Assembly: GCA_040388985.1 (NCBI GenBank)
Contig: JAZKAU010000001.1
Coordinates: 123,359-187,358, forward strand
Direction: 5' to 3'
DNA: 64,000 bases
Origin: Patescibacteria group bacterium
Lineage (GTDB): Bacteria > Patescibacteriota > Minisyncoccia > Phycocordibacterales > Phycocordibacteraceae
Made by a program: the position numbers and the translations under genes. Shown piece after piece: positions 8,320-18,629 of the stretch. A model generated the notes under the pieces. The model worked only from the letters and a program-made list of their open reading frames with translations. It was not told the origin of the DNA and did no database searches. The first letter of the stretch is position 1. Every line of letters starts with the position of its first letter.

Positions 8320-10125
8320 TTATGCCTGCTTGGCGAGCCAGGTAGCGTACTTCTTCGCCATATCCTCGAAACTCTTCTTATTGTTCGCGATCTCCTTCTT
8401 GCCGTGAACCATATGGATGGCGGCACCGAGCTTGATGGGGCCTGATTTCGGACGGATCTTTTGAAGGTCGTCCACGCGCTTCTTCGCTCTACGTATCTTT
8501 GTGCTCGCGGGCATCGTGACATCCTTCACGAATGAGTCAGCGGAAAGCTTCGAACCTGTCGCCATCTTCACGAACGTGGCAAACGTATAGCGCGAACCGA
8601 ATTTCCAGACTTCACGCATTTCCGCACCTACTTTCGGATTGTCGACTATACGTCCGTACTTCTTGTAGAAATAGTCGCGCCACTGGCTGAGCGCGAGCGT
8701 GGCGAGGCCATAGCCGTGATAGGCAGCCGAGCTCTCCCATGAATAAATATGCGGGACCATGAGGGCGCGCAGAGAATCAACGGACTGGTCATAGTATTTC
8801 TTGTAATTGCGCTTGGCTATGAGCAAGACTTTCTCGCGCGTGAGATCTTTCGCTTCATATATCTCGCGCTCGAAGCTTGAGACGAACATGATGGGATTGA
8901 GCGCCGTAGGCTGCAGCAGCTCAAGCTGCTTCACCTTGCGTTCGAAGAGCGAGAATGGATACGGATTCCCTTCGGCATCCTTCGCGTAGCGGATACGCCA
9001 TTCGATGCTCGAGTACATGGTGTCGAGGAACATGCTGTGATTCTCTGCCCAGGAAGCAGTGCTCGGCGCGTATTCATGATTAAGACATACTTCACGCTCT
9101 TCGATATTGAGGTAGTGAGCGGCATGTCCGCCCTCATGGAAGAGGGTATTGCCGCCCTGTACGCCTGAGCCGACCTGGCCGGGCACCACGTTGCAGGTGA
9201 AATTCGCGGTGCCGGGAATGCGTCGGCCTTTCTCGTAATGCACGAGATTCGGCCAGTGGCAGAAGCCGTTATTCCACTTTCCTGCGCGGTCAAGCAGATC
9301 GAGCTTCAGCGTTCCGCCGCGATAGTCGATACCGAGCGCCTGGAAGGACCGGCCCCAGCGCAGTAGCGCATCACCAAACTGGAAGTACGGATCCTCTTCT
9401 TTCGTGAAGTCGCCCGCCATCATGTAGCTGAAGTTCCATGGCTTGCGTAGTCCCGGGCGCTTTTCTTCGGCCGCGCGTATCCCTTTGAAGGCGTACTTCG
9501 TGCGCTCATAAATGGCATCAAAGATGGAGAAAAGCTCGTCCTTGGTCATGCCGTCCTCGCGTTCCACCTTCATCGCGTAGAAGTCCGGATAGCCGAGCAT
9601 GCGTGCGTACTGATTGCGCATCTTCACGAGCTGCAGATATTCGGGAATAAGATCAGTGGCGAGTTCTTCGCGCGCCGTAAAGCAGGCCTTGCGCACTTTC
9701 TCGTCCGGATGCGTGCCGATCATCGTGGCCATCTTGACCGATGAAGCCCGGACGAATCTCTTGGTACGCGGATCGATATATCCTTCTTTGCGCGTCGAAC
9801 GGCGCTTCGTTATCTTCGTTTCAAGCTTCGCCACCTTTTCCTTGAGCGGTAGTGTTTCCGCAGGTGACTGATTGGCTTCGAAGTAGTATATCCAGGCATC
9901 CAGACGCGCCTTGGTTGCGGCATTCGCGCCTTCGCGCAGCGCGCGAACCATTTCGAGATTCGTCGCGCTCGACCGGAAAACCTCTATCTTTCCCTGAGCC
10001 GCATCCTTGCGCGCGTCTACCGACGGATCGCCCATATAGGAGATCCAGAAGAGTTCCTCGTAGTTCTTGTGGAGCTTTAGCAGATCACTATTAAGCTTCG
10101 CGAGCGCTTTTTCCGCAGTAGTCAT
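8320..10125 (-). CDS. M3 family zinc oligopeptidase
   Basis: TLFHEGGHAAH zinc motif, a downstream WAE ligand, and DLLDRAGK. Confidence 0.85.
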   Translation of the reverse strand: MTTAEKALAKLNSDLLKLHKNYEELFWISYMGDPSVDARKDAAQGKIEVFRSSATNLEMVRALREGANAATKARLDAWIYYFEANQSPAETLPLKEKVAKLETKITKRRSTRKEGYIDPRTKRFVRASSVKMATMIGTHPDEKVRKACFTAREELATDLIPEYLQLVKMRNQYARMLGYPDFYAMKVEREDGMTKDELFSIFDAIYERTKYAFKGIRAAEEKRPGLRKPWNFSYMMAGDFTKEEDPYFQFGDALLRWGRSFQALGIDYRGGTLKLDLLDRAGKWNNGFCHWPNLVHYEKGRRIPGTANFTCNVVPGQVGSGVQGGNTLFHEGGHAAHYLNIEEREVCLNHEYAPSTASWAENHSMFLDTMYSSIEWRIRYAKDAEGNPYPFSLFERKVKQLELLQPTALNPIMFVSSFEREIYEAKDLTREKVLLIAKRNYKKYYDQSVDSLRALMVPHIYSWESSAAYHGYGLATLALSQWRDYFYKKYGRIVDNPKVGAEMREVWKFGSRYTFATFVKMATGSKLSADSFVKDVTMPASTKIRRAKKRVDDLQKIRPKSGPIKLGAAIHMVHGKKEIANNKKSFEDMAKKYATWLAKQA

Positions 10126-10174
10126 ATACAGGTATTGTAGACCAGTCGCGGGGCATCAGCCAATGAGAAATCTC

Positions 10175-10205
10175 AAGCATGTCTAGGTGACACCTAGACA
10201 TGCTT
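10175..10205. repeat. Perfect 15-1-15 palindrome between divergent peptidase genes
   Basis: aagcatgtctaggtg-a-cacctagacatgctt. Confidence 0.85.
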
Positions 10206-10255
10206 AGTCATGTCGTGATGGCGTTAGCGGCACGAGATTGGTATCCTTGGCGTAC

Positions 10256-11581
10256 ATGGCAACCAAGACGATAGGAGGCACGAAGAAATCAGGTGATTCG
10301 TTGGTTCAAGGCATCAGCTTCGTACAAGAGTTGGGCGGTATAGAAGAGTACCGTCTCGATAGCAACGGCCTGCGCATCCTGCTTATCTCTGACTCGAGCG
10401 TGCCGGTAGCAGGCTGCATGGTCACGTATCACGTCGGCTCTCGAAACGAGGCGGTCGGACACACCGGCGCGACACATCTCCTCGAGCATCTTCTCTTCAA
10501 AGGTTCGGAGAAATTCAACGCTGCGAAGGGAAGCAGCATCGACATGCTTCTGGAGCGCAAGGGCGCAGCTATGAACGCTTCGACCTCCTTTGATCGCACG
10601 AATTACTATGAGGTACTTGCGAGCTCCGAGCTGCCGCTTGCCATCGAGATAGAGGCCGACCGCATGCGCACCGCACTCTTCACTGAAAGCAACCGGCAGA
10701 GTGAGATGCCCGTCGTGCGCAACGAATACGAATGGTATGAGAACGAGTCCTGGGCGGCGCTCGAGAAGGAGATATGGGCGGCAGCGTATATCGCGCATCC
10801 TTATCACCACCCCATCATCGGCTGGAAGAGCGATATCGAGAACGTACCCATAGAGCGGCTCCGAAAGTTCTACGACGACTTCTATTGGCCTAATAATGCG
10901 ACGCTCACCATCGTCGGCAGTTTCGATACCCTTACGGTCTTCGCCGCCATACGGACGCACTTCGGCGTACACCCCGCGTCGCAGGAACCCATTCCGACCA
11001 TGTATACCGAGGAGCCTGTGCAAGAGGGTCCGCGTCGCGTGGTCCTCAAGCGCGCAGGAAATCCGGTGGTTAGCATCGCTCACAAGATACCGAGCGCGCT
11101 CCACGCCGATATGCCGGCATTGCTCGTACTCGCGAGCGTACTCTACGAAGATAAGACGAGCCGTCTCTACAAGGCCTTTATCGATAGTGCGCTTGCGACC
11201 GACATCATGGTGTCCTGCAATCAGACGCGCGACCCGAGCCTCTTCCAGACATCCGTCACCCTTGCGCCCAGCACGCCGCATCAGAAAGCTGAGCAGGTAG
11301 CGCACAAGGAGTATGAACGGATAGCAAATGATGGAATCAGCAGCGCCGAGCTCACCGCTGCAAAGCGTGCGGCGCGCGTCTACGCTGCGCGGCGCAAGGA
11401 CGGACCGTATGCGCTGCTTTCTGCTATTAACGAAGACATCGCCTCGGGCGATTGGACGAACTTCGTGCGGCTTCCAGGAGCGATAGAAGGCGTCACCGTC
11501 CGCGACGTGAAGCGCGTTGCGCAGACGTATCTTGTCGACGACCAGATGACGGTCGGCTGGTTCGTAAACGCTGTCGCATAG
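10256..11581 (+). CDS. M16B zinc peptidase, catalytic subunit
   Basis: Inverted zincin motif HLLEH, plus NASTSFDRTNY and HPYHHPIIG. Confidence 0.92.
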   Translation: MATKTIGGTKKSGDSLVQGISFVQELGGIEEYRLDSNGLRILLISDSSVPVAGCMVTYHVGSRNEAVGHTGATHLLEHLLFKGSEKFNAAKGSSIDMLLERKGAAMNASTSFDRTNYYEVLASSELPLAIEIEADRMRTALFTESNRQSEMPVVRNEYEWYENESWAALEKEIWAAAYIAHPYHHPIIGWKSDIENVPIERLRKFYDDFYWPNNATLTIVGSFDTLTVFAAIRTHFGVHPASQEPIPTMYTEEPVQEGPRRVVLKRAGNPVVSIAHKIPSALHADMPALLVLASVLYEDKTSRLYKAFIDSALATDIMVSCNQTRDPSLFQTSVTLAPSTPHQKAEQVAHKEYERIANDGISSAELTAAKRAARVYAARRKDGPYALLSAINEDIASGDWTNFVRLPGAIEGVTVRDVKRVAQTYLVDDQMTVGWFVNAVA

Positions 11582-11586
11582 ATTGT

Positions 11587-12858
11587 ATGGAGAACGAACG
11601 CATGAACATCACGGAACACGAGAAAGGGCCTATGCGCCTCTTCGCAGCGCGCACCGCTGCGCCAGACGTCGTGACGATAGAAGGCAGCGTACTTGGCGGC
11701 TACTGCATGCTGCCACGCGAACGGACCATGGTACCGCGCATCGCGACCGGACTCCTTGATGCAGGAACGGCGACGAAGACCAAGGACGAGTTGCGCGGCG
11801 CGCTAGCTAGCCGCGGAGCATCGCTGCATTTCTCGCCCGGAGGCGACCGGACTCATTTCTCCGCAACCTGTCTTCCCGAAGATGCTGAATTCGTCTTCAA
11901 GCTCATCCGTGAATGCCTGTCCGAGTCCTCATTCCCGACGAGCGAAGTAGCGGCGCAGAAGAAACGGACATTGGCAGAGCTTGAAGAGTCAAAGCGCGAT
12001 ACCTCCCAGCAGGCGCTCTATGCCTTTTCACGGCTCGTCTTCGATAGGACACACGTGAATTACGCTGATACGACCGAGACTGAGATAGAGCGGGCGGCGA
12101 AGGCGACGCGTAAAGATATGACCAACTTCCGCTCGCTTCTGGGACAGGGCGGGCTCGTGCTTGCCGTCGCTGGCGACGTGAGGGCAGACGAGATACTCAC
12201 GAAGGCCGCGACTGTCTTCGCCAAGCTTCCAGGCGGAACGGCGCAGATGACGCAGAAGGCTCCGAACCGTAAGCGTCCCTCGTCCGAAGAATCCCTCATC
12301 TCAATTGCCGACAAGGCGACGCTCGACGTCTATATGGGCGCAAGTATACCTTTTACCTACGACAGTCCGGAGTACCTGCCGCTTGCAGTCCTTACGAGCA
12401 TGCTCGGCGGGAACGGTTTGTCGACCGCGCACCTTATGCGAACCATCCGAGAACGCGACGGCCTGACCTATGGCATCTACGCGAGCCTTGCAGGCTTTGG
12501 CGGCCTATCTGAGGGCGCGCTACGCATTCAGGCAACGTTCTCGCCTGCGACCTTTGAGCGGGCAGTAGATACGACGCGTAAAGAGATACGAGTTTTCCTT
12601 GACTCCGGCATGACCGAAGAAGCCTTGGCTGCTAAGAAGGACGAACTCATCGGCCGGTATTACGTGGGACTTTCGACCACTCGCGGACTTGCAGGTACGC
12701 TCCACAAGATAGGCGTGGAAGGGAAGCCGCTCGGCTACGCCGACGAATATCCAGACCTGATCCGCGCTATCACGCTCGCTGACATCAAGAACGCGGCGAG
12801 CTATGTGCCGTTCGACAAGCTTTCGCTCGCAGCAGCCGGCACATTCATTAAAAAGTAA
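11587..12858 (+). CDS. M16B peptidase, non-catalytic partner subunit
   Basis: M16 fold motifs (IRERDGLTYGIY) without HxxEH; adjacent to the catalytic subunit. Confidence 0.88.
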   Translation: MENERMNITEHEKGPMRLFAARTAAPDVVTIEGSVLGGYCMLPRERTMVPRIATGLLDAGTATKTKDELRGALASRGASLHFSPGGDRTHFSATCLPEDAEFVFKLIRECLSESSFPTSEVAAQKKRTLAELEESKRDTSQQALYAFSRLVFDRTHVNYADTTETEIERAAKATRKDMTNFRSLLGQGGLVLAVAGDVRADEILTKAATVFAKLPGGTAQMTQKAPNRKRPSSEESLISIADKATLDVYMGASIPFTYDSPEYLPLAVLTSMLGGNGLSTAHLMRTIRERDGLTYGIYASLAGFGGLSEGALRIQATFSPATFERAVDTTRKEIRVFLDSGMTEEALAAKKDELIGRYYVGLSTTRGLAGTLHKIGVEGKPLGYADEYPDLIRAITLADIKNAASYVPFDKLSLAAAGTFIKK

Positions 12859-12879
12859 GCCCGTGCTATCGTCTTTCAT

Positions 12880-14826
12880 ATGACCGTTTCAGAAGTACGC
12901 AAACGATATCTTGAGTTCTTCAAGGCGCGCGGGCACGTGATCATCCCCTCGGCTCCTATCGTGCCGGGCAACGATCCGACGACGCTTTTCACGAGCAGCG
13001 GCATGCAGCCTCTCGTTCCGTATCTCCTCGGTAAAGAGCATCCTGAAGGCAACCGGCTCGTAAACTCGCAGATGAGCTTCCGCGCAGGTGATATCGAAGA
13101 GGTGGGAGATAATCGCCATACGACCTTCTTCGAGATGCTTGGCAACTGGTCGCTCGGTGATTATTTCAAGCAGGAGCAGCTCCCATGGATATTCGATTTC
13201 ATGACAAGCAAAGAAACGGGTTTAGGCTTCGATCCTGAAAAGATCTATACGACAGTTTATAGCGGGGACTCGGAGGCTGGCATGTCTCTTGATGCGGAAT
13301 CAGTAGAGATATGGAAAAAGCTTTTTAAGGAAAAGGGCATCGAGGCCGAATTGGTAATACTTGATACGGAAGAAAAGGGATATGAGCTTGGAACGCAAGG
13401 GGGTCGCATCTTTGCCTACGGTTCAAAGAAGAATTGGTGGAGCAGAAGCGGAGTTCCCATGAACATGCCTGCTGGCGAGCCAGGAGGACCGGATTCAGAG
13501 ATCTTCTATGACTTCGGTGCATCACCTGACTCCCCAGGAGGACATGCATCTCCTACTGATGACCAAAAATGGGGCACATACTGCCATGTGAACTGCGACT
13601 GCGGTCGTTTCGTAGAGATATGCAATTCGGTCTTCATGCAGTTTATAAAGAATCCTGACGGTACCTTCTCAGATCTACCTAAGCAGAATGTGGACTTCGG
13701 TGGAGGACTTGAGCGTTTTACCTGTACGACTTTGAATAGTTCCGACTTGTTCGATATTGATGTATTTGACACTGCGCGAAATATCTTAGGCCAGCGCGCT
13801 GGAAAGGAATACGGTGAGGATGCAGTGGCTACACACGCCATGCGTATCATTCTTGATCATGTACGAGCGGCATCCTTCATGCTTGCCGAAGGAGTCCTTC
13901 CGTCCAATACCGAAGCTGGATATGTGCTCCGCCGTCTCATCCGCCGCGCTATCCGCGAAGCTGATAGGCTCGGCATTCAAGAGAGCGTACTTGCCGATGT
14001 GGCCCGTGGCTACGGGGAAGCGTATGCCGACCACTATCCTCATGTGCTCGCCGCAAGCGCGACTATTAAGGACGAGCTTGCCAAAGAAGAAGAGAAATTC
14101 AGGAAGACCTTATCTCAAGGCATGCGTGAGCTCGAGAAGCTCATTTCAGGTGGAACTATCGCTCCTGAAGACGTGTTCACCCTCTTTACTTCATATGGAT
14201 TCCCGGTCGAGATGACCGAGGAGATCGCGAACGAACGCGATATAGAGATCGACCTGAACGCAGTCATGAAGCTTATGGAAGTTCATCAGGAAACCTCGCG
14301 CGCCGGAGGCGCGCAGCGTTTCGCCGGAGGATTGGCTGACCACGCGGAGCAGACCGTGCGTTATCACACGCTCCATCACATCCTGCTCGCGGCGCTCCAG
14401 AAAGTACTGGGGACAGAGGTGAAGCAGCGCGGCAGCAACATCACGAGCGAGCGCCTGCGCATCGACTTCTCATGGGGCGCGAAGATGACCGACGAGCAGA
14501 AGGCAGAAGTTGAGAAGATCGTGAACGAAGTCATCGCTCAGGACTTACCCGTCACGCGCACCGTCATGCCGCGCGAGGAGGCGGAGAAACTGGGCGCGCA
14601 GATGGAATTCGGCGTGAAGTATCCGGATATGGTATCGGTCTATTCGGTCGGCCCCGCACACGCTACCGAGACTGAGCCCGATATTCCGAACGCCTTCTCT
14701 CTTGAGTTCTGCGGCGGTCCACATGTCGCGAACACGAGCGAGATACGCGCAGGCGGCACGTTCAAGATACAGAAAGAAGAGGCAGTCGCCGCAGGCGTTC
14801 GGAGGATCAAAGGAGTGTTGGTATAG
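12880..14826 (+). CDS. alaS: Alanyl-tRNA synthetase, short form lacking C-Ala
   Basis: LFTSSGMQPL, HTTFFEMLGN, VDFGGGLER, and editing motifs HTLHH and EFCGGPH. Ends at GVRRIKG. Confidence 0.97.
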   Translation: MTVSEVRKRYLEFFKARGHVIIPSAPIVPGNDPTTLFTSSGMQPLVPYLLGKEHPEGNRLVNSQMSFRAGDIEEVGDNRHTTFFEMLGNWSLGDYFKQEQLPWIFDFMTSKETGLGFDPEKIYTTVYSGDSEAGMSLDAESVEIWKKLFKEKGIEAELVILDTEEKGYELGTQGGRIFAYGSKKNWWSRSGVPMNMPAGEPGGPDSEIFYDFGASPDSPGGHASPTDDQKWGTYCHVNCDCGRFVEICNSVFMQFIKNPDGTFSDLPKQNVDFGGGLERFTCTTLNSSDLFDIDVFDTARNILGQRAGKEYGEDAVATHAMRIILDHVRAASFMLAEGVLPSNTEAGYVLRRLIRRAIREADRLGIQESVLADVARGYGEAYADHYPHVLAASATIKDELAKEEEKFRKTLSQGMRELEKLISGGTIAPEDVFTLFTSYGFPVEMTEEIANERDIEIDLNAVMKLMEVHQETSRAGGAQRFAGGLADHAEQTVRYHTLHHILLAALQKVLGTEVKQRGSNITSERLRIDFSWGAKMTDEQKAEVEKIVNEVIAQDLPVTRTVMPREEAEKLGAQMEFGVKYPDMVSVYSVGPAHATETEPDIPNAFSLEFCGGPHVANTSEIRAGGTFKIQKEEAVAAGVRRIKGVLV

Positions 14827-14877
14827 AGTATTTGGTATTACTCGAAAGTTCATCTTGGGTAGATTAAGCTCACGCGT

Positions 14878-15363
14878 ATGAAAAATATCATCAATATTTC
14901 TGAGATCGAACAACAGGCAAGTCCCGCTCCCATGCCGCAGAGCGTTAAAGAGCGCTTTGAGGGCGCGACTATGGGATTCATAGGGCCGCGCATCGGTGCG
15001 CAAAAGCTCGGCTACAACATCACGGTAGTCCCTGCAGGGAAGCGCGCATTTCCTTTCCATAACCACTACGCTAACGAGGAGATGTTCTTTATCCTCGAAG
15101 GAGAAGGCGAGATCCGGCTGGGTTCAGAACGCTTTCCTGTGAAGAAAGGCGACTTCATAGCATGTCCTTCGGGCACAGGAGTCGAGCACGCGCATCAGAT
15201 AATAAATACGTCTACGGAAGAGCTTCGGTATCTGGCTGTCTCGACCAAGATCTCTCCCGAGATAGCGGAGTATCCTGACACCGGGAAATTCGGCGTGCTC
15301 GCAGAGAATTTCCGCTTCGTGGGACGAACCGAGAACTCTCTCGACTACTGGGAAGGGGAGTAG
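14878..15363 (+). CDS. Cupin domain protein
   Basis: PFHNHYANEEMFFILEGEG...HAHQIIN. Confidence 0.9.
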   Translation: MKNIINISEIEQQASPAPMPQSVKERFEGATMGFIGPRIGAQKLGYNITVVPAGKRAFPFHNHYANEEMFFILEGEGEIRLGSERFPVKKGDFIACPSGTGVEHAHQIINTSTEELRYLAVSTKISPEIAEYPDTGKFGVLAENFRFVGRTENSLDYWEGE

Positions 15364-15488
15364 CACTGGGTACCAGAAACTCAAAGAATTTATTAGGTAT
15401 ACCCAGTACCCGGGTGTATTAACGCTACGTGCTGGGTATACTGTATCCATACCTTTAATCGCCAGGCACTAACCTATTACGAGCCCGT

Positions 15489-16775
15489 ATGAGCAAGACC
15501 ATCACCGATATCATCCCTCCTTCGCGCCGCAGGCGCATGGAAGCAGAGAACGAACAGGCTCCTGAGATGGAAATGGACGAGCCAGCTGCGGCATACGTTC
15601 CGCCGCGCCCACCACGTCCTGTAAGCGACCGTCCGTATCGCGCGAACTCAGGCGGTCCTCGCCGCTTCCCGTGGGCAGTCGCTCTGGTGGCGCTTATCGT
15701 TGTCATAGGTTCTGCGGCTGCACTCTATGCCTTCGCGGGCGCGAAGGTGACCATAACGCCGACTTCGACGACGGCGAACGTATCTGGCGACTTTACCGCG
15801 ACGTTCGCTTCCGGAGATCTGCCATACGAGCTCATTACGGTCGACAAGACCGTCGCCGCGAACGTTCCGGCGGAGAGCACCGAGACCGTGAACGACCCTG
15901 CGCAGGGCACCATCACCATCATGAATGCGCAGAGCACTCCGCAGACCCTTATAAAGAACACGCGCTTCCAGTCACCTGACGGCCTTATCTTCCGCATCCA
16001 GGACTCGGTCACGATTCCTGGCGGCTCCATAAGCTCTCCCGGAAGCGTCCAGGCTCCTGTGTCGGCTGATACCGGGGGGGAGCAGTACAATATCGCTCCT
16101 ACGACCTTTACCGTTCCAGGCCTTAAGGGCTCAAAGTCGTTCGATCTCGTGACCGCAAAGTCGACCGAGGCGATGGCCGGTGGGTTCTCAGGTACGCGTC
16201 CGTCAGTAGGCCAAGCTACGCGCGATGCGCAGAACGAGAAGAGTAAGACCGCCCTCACTTCAAGCATTAGCGACGAGGTCATCTCGAAGCTGCAGAGCGG
16301 ATATGTCGTCATTCCAGGCGCAACCTTCATCACCTACACTCCGACGAATGACACGGCAGGGAAGGACAATACCGTGAATGTGAACCTTAAGGGCACCGCT
16401 GTCGCTGTTGCCATGCCCCAGGCAGCACTCGCCAAGGCCATCAGCTACCGCGTGAACGGCAGCTATGCAGGCCAGCCGGTATCCCTTACTAATCCCCAGA
16501 CTCTTGCTATGACCCCATCAAGTCCTGGCACGCCTACAGCCGAGCAAGGCAGCTTCGCCTTCTCCCTTACGGGCCCAGCTACCATCACCTGGGACGTGGA
16601 CGCCGCAAAGATCGCCGGAGCCGTTGCCGGAAAGAGCCGCAGCGCAGCCTACACCATCATCCAGGGCTTCCCCGAGGTCGCAAAAGCTGTCCTCAATATC
16701 CGCCCCTTCTGGGCCGGCACCTTCCCGCAGGATCCTGCAAACATAATCATCGCGACCACTACTCCTCAGAACTAA
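15489..16775 (+). CDS. Membrane-anchored protein with baseplate-J-like beta domain (CPR conserved hypothetical)
   Basis: Single TM helix, then AQGTITIMN...LIKNTRF...GEQYNI...FTVPG...MAGG. Confidence 0.65.
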   Translation: MSKTITDIIPPSRRRRMEAENEQAPEMEMDEPAAAYVPPRPPRPVSDRPYRANSGGPRRFPWAVALVALIVVIGSAAALYAFAGAKVTITPTSTTANVSGDFTATFASGDLPYELITVDKTVAANVPAESTETVNDPAQGTITIMNAQSTPQTLIKNTRFQSPDGLIFRIQDSVTIPGGSISSPGSVQAPVSADTGGEQYNIAPTTFTVPGLKGSKSFDLVTAKSTEAMAGGFSGTRPSVGQATRDAQNEKSKTALTSSISDEVISKLQSGYVVIPGATFITYTPTNDTAGKDNTVNVNLKGTAVAVAMPQAALAKAISYRVNGSYAGQPVSLTNPQTLAMTPSSPGTPTAEQGSFAFSLTGPATITWDVDAAKIAGAVAGKSRSAAYTIIQGFPEVAKAVLNIRPFWAGTFPQDPANIIIATTTPQN

Positions 16776-16785
16776 GGTGATATAG

Positions 16786-16828
16786 CAACACGAATGCCCG
16801 CGCACTACGTGCGCGGGCATTCGTGTTG
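16786..16828. terminator. Bidirectional terminator-like hairpin between convergent genes
   Basis: caacacgaatgcccgcgcac-tac-gtgcgcgggcattcgtgttg. Confidence 0.75.
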
Positions 16829-16924
16829 GTCATTATCTAAAATAAGCTTGGAGTATATAAATAGTGCGCGCCCGACGGGAACAAGTCCGATCGGGCGCAC
16901 GTTTGAGGAGGATTGGAGGAGAAG

Positions 16925-17515
16925 TCAGGCGGATTTGGATTTATTCCAATAGTAGTGCATCTTGCCGGCAGAGGTAAGGCCGAGAGGCTCAAACATCTTG
17001 AACCGACGATATGGCTCTTCCCTGAGCACCTGCCTTGCGTCGTAGCACTGAAGTGCGGTCCATGCCGGATCGAAGGTGGCATTATCGGCCGCTTTGCAAG
17101 CGTCGACGATGAGATGGTCCACCATCATGACCAGCCGCTCTAAATTGAAGTTCTTAAGCTGTGCCGGCACGGATCCACTCAACTCGACGATATCCGTGAG
17201 AGCTTCGCCGACCTCCTTGAGGATCATCCTCCTCTTGGTCAGAGTCCTCTTGCCGCGCGCTCCCGCCCACATCAGGACGATGCCCAGAAGGGCGATTGCG
17301 AGCGCAGGCGCGGCGCTGTTTGCCAACACCAGGATGACGATACTGATGGGAAAGATAAGCAACCCGCCGGCGTAAATCGGCTTGTCACCGTAATCGCGCA
17401 TCGAGCGCGGGTAACGGAGCAAGATATCCTTCGAACCCGGCCAGTTTCCGGAGATGAATCCAGGCAGCTCGTCCTTGCGAGCCAGTTCGGCGAGTTCAAT
17501 TTCGGTATATGCCAT
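16925..17515 (-). CDS. Orphan two-TM membrane protein (cassette)
   Basis: SD ggagtg before ATG 17515, two hydrophobic helices, and its own minus-strand promoter (TTGACA 17681-17686, TATAAT 17657-17662). Confidence 0.65.
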   Translation of the reverse strand: MAYTEIELAELARKDELPGFISGNWPGSKDILLRYPRSMRDYGDKPIYAGGLLIFPISIVILVLANSAAPALAIALLGIVLMWAGARGKRTLTKRRMILKEVGEALTDIVELSGSVPAQLKNFNLERLVMMVDHLIVDACKAADNATFDPAWTALQCYDARQVLREEPYRRFKMFEPLGLTSAGKMHYYWNKSKSA

Positions 17516-17810
17516 GATAGTCACTCCACACTGCACTTTGTATCGGCCCCACGGCCAGAGATACGGAGACACCACTGTCTCATGTCCGAACAGGGTCAGC
17601 CCATCCAGCCATACTTCGTTCCTCTCAATCTGCCAAAGTACACACAGACTGTGTATATTATAATACATATTTACTACATCTGTCAATATACACTCGCGCA
17701 GTAAGGTGCCGCCTTACTGCGCTCTCTTAGCGGACCGAGCCGGATTCGGCACTAGGCAGGTTGCTTGTTGACGAACTTATGGCGCATATGTTAGATTAAC
17801 TAGGCTCCAC

Positions 17811-18026
17811 ATGGAAGAAAGCAAGACGGATGAAACAACGGGTACCGTAGAAGAGGTGCTCCCTAATTCTTTATTCCGTGTCCGCATGTCGTCGGGAGAA
17901 CTTCAGCTCTGCTACCTCGCCGGAAAGATGCGCCTGCATCGCATCCGCGTGCTGGTTGGAGACAAAGTCGAACTGGTCCTCGAGCCATACGGCGGCAAAG
18001 CACGCATCGTGAGGAGACTATCCTAG
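17811..18026 (+). CDS. infA: Translation initiation factor IF-1
   Basis: [14 protein letters not shown]...[18 protein letters not shown]. Confidence 0.95.
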   Translation: MEESKTDETTGTVEEVLPNSLFRVRMSSGELQLCYLAGKMRLHRIRVLVGDKVELVLEPYGGKARIVRRLS

Positions 18027-18048
18027 GCTTCCGAGCCACCAACAACAC

Positions 18049-18165
18049 ATGAAAGTCCGCGCATCAATCAAAGTACAGCAGCCAGGAGATATCATCGTCC
18101 GTCGTCGCGGGCGCTTGTACCGTATAAACAAGCGCAATCCTCGTCGCAAGGCTCGCCAAGGCTAA
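18049..18165 (+). CDS. rpmJ: 50S ribosomal protein L36, zinc-free type (not in the ORF track)
   Basis: [38 protein letters not shown], located between infA and rpsM. Confidence 0.93.
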   Translation: MKVRASIKVQQPGDIIVRRRGRLYRINKRNPRRKARQG

Positions 18166-18215
18166 TCGCGCCAGTTCCATTTACATAATCCTTACTTACC
18201 TAACTTATCCCGTTC

Positions 18216-18596
18216 ATGCGTATCGCCGGTGTCACCCTTCCAGATAACAAGCAACTCGCGTACTCGCTGCCGCTCATCTTCGGCATCGGTCCTACGCGTG
18301 CGCTCGATATCCTCAAGGAGGCGAAGATCATTGCTACCAAGAAGGGAAGCGAGCTTACTGCTGAAGAGGAACAGACCATCCGTGCGCTCGCCGAAGGCTA
18401 CACCATCGAGGGCGAGCTGCGCCGCGAAGTAGGCGGAAACATCAAGCGCCTCAAGGACATCCGCTCGGCTCGCGGCGTACGCCATGAGCGTCGCCTTCCG
18501 GTCCGTGCCCAGCGCACCAAGACGAATTCCCGCACCGTGCGCGGAAACACGCGCAAGACGATGGGTAGCGGTCGCCGCAGCCTCGAGAAGACATAA
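18216..18596 (+). CDS. rpsM: 30S ribosomal protein S13
   Basis: MRIAGV...IFGIG...LPVRAQRTKTNSRT. Confidence 0.97.
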   Translation: MRIAGVTLPDNKQLAYSLPLIFGIGPTRALDILKEAKIIATKKGSELTAEEEQTIRALAEGYTIEGELRREVGGNIKRLKDIRSARGVRHERRLPVRAQRTKTNSRTVRGNTRKTMGSGRRSLEKT

Positions 18597-18629
18597 TTCG
18601 CTTTCGGCACTATTTCACTAATTTAATCT

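Noticed and set aside
15489-16775. Prophage inferred from the baseplate-J-like gene
   Set aside because: The gene is isolated, membrane-anchored and has host-like codons, with no other phage structural genes nearby.
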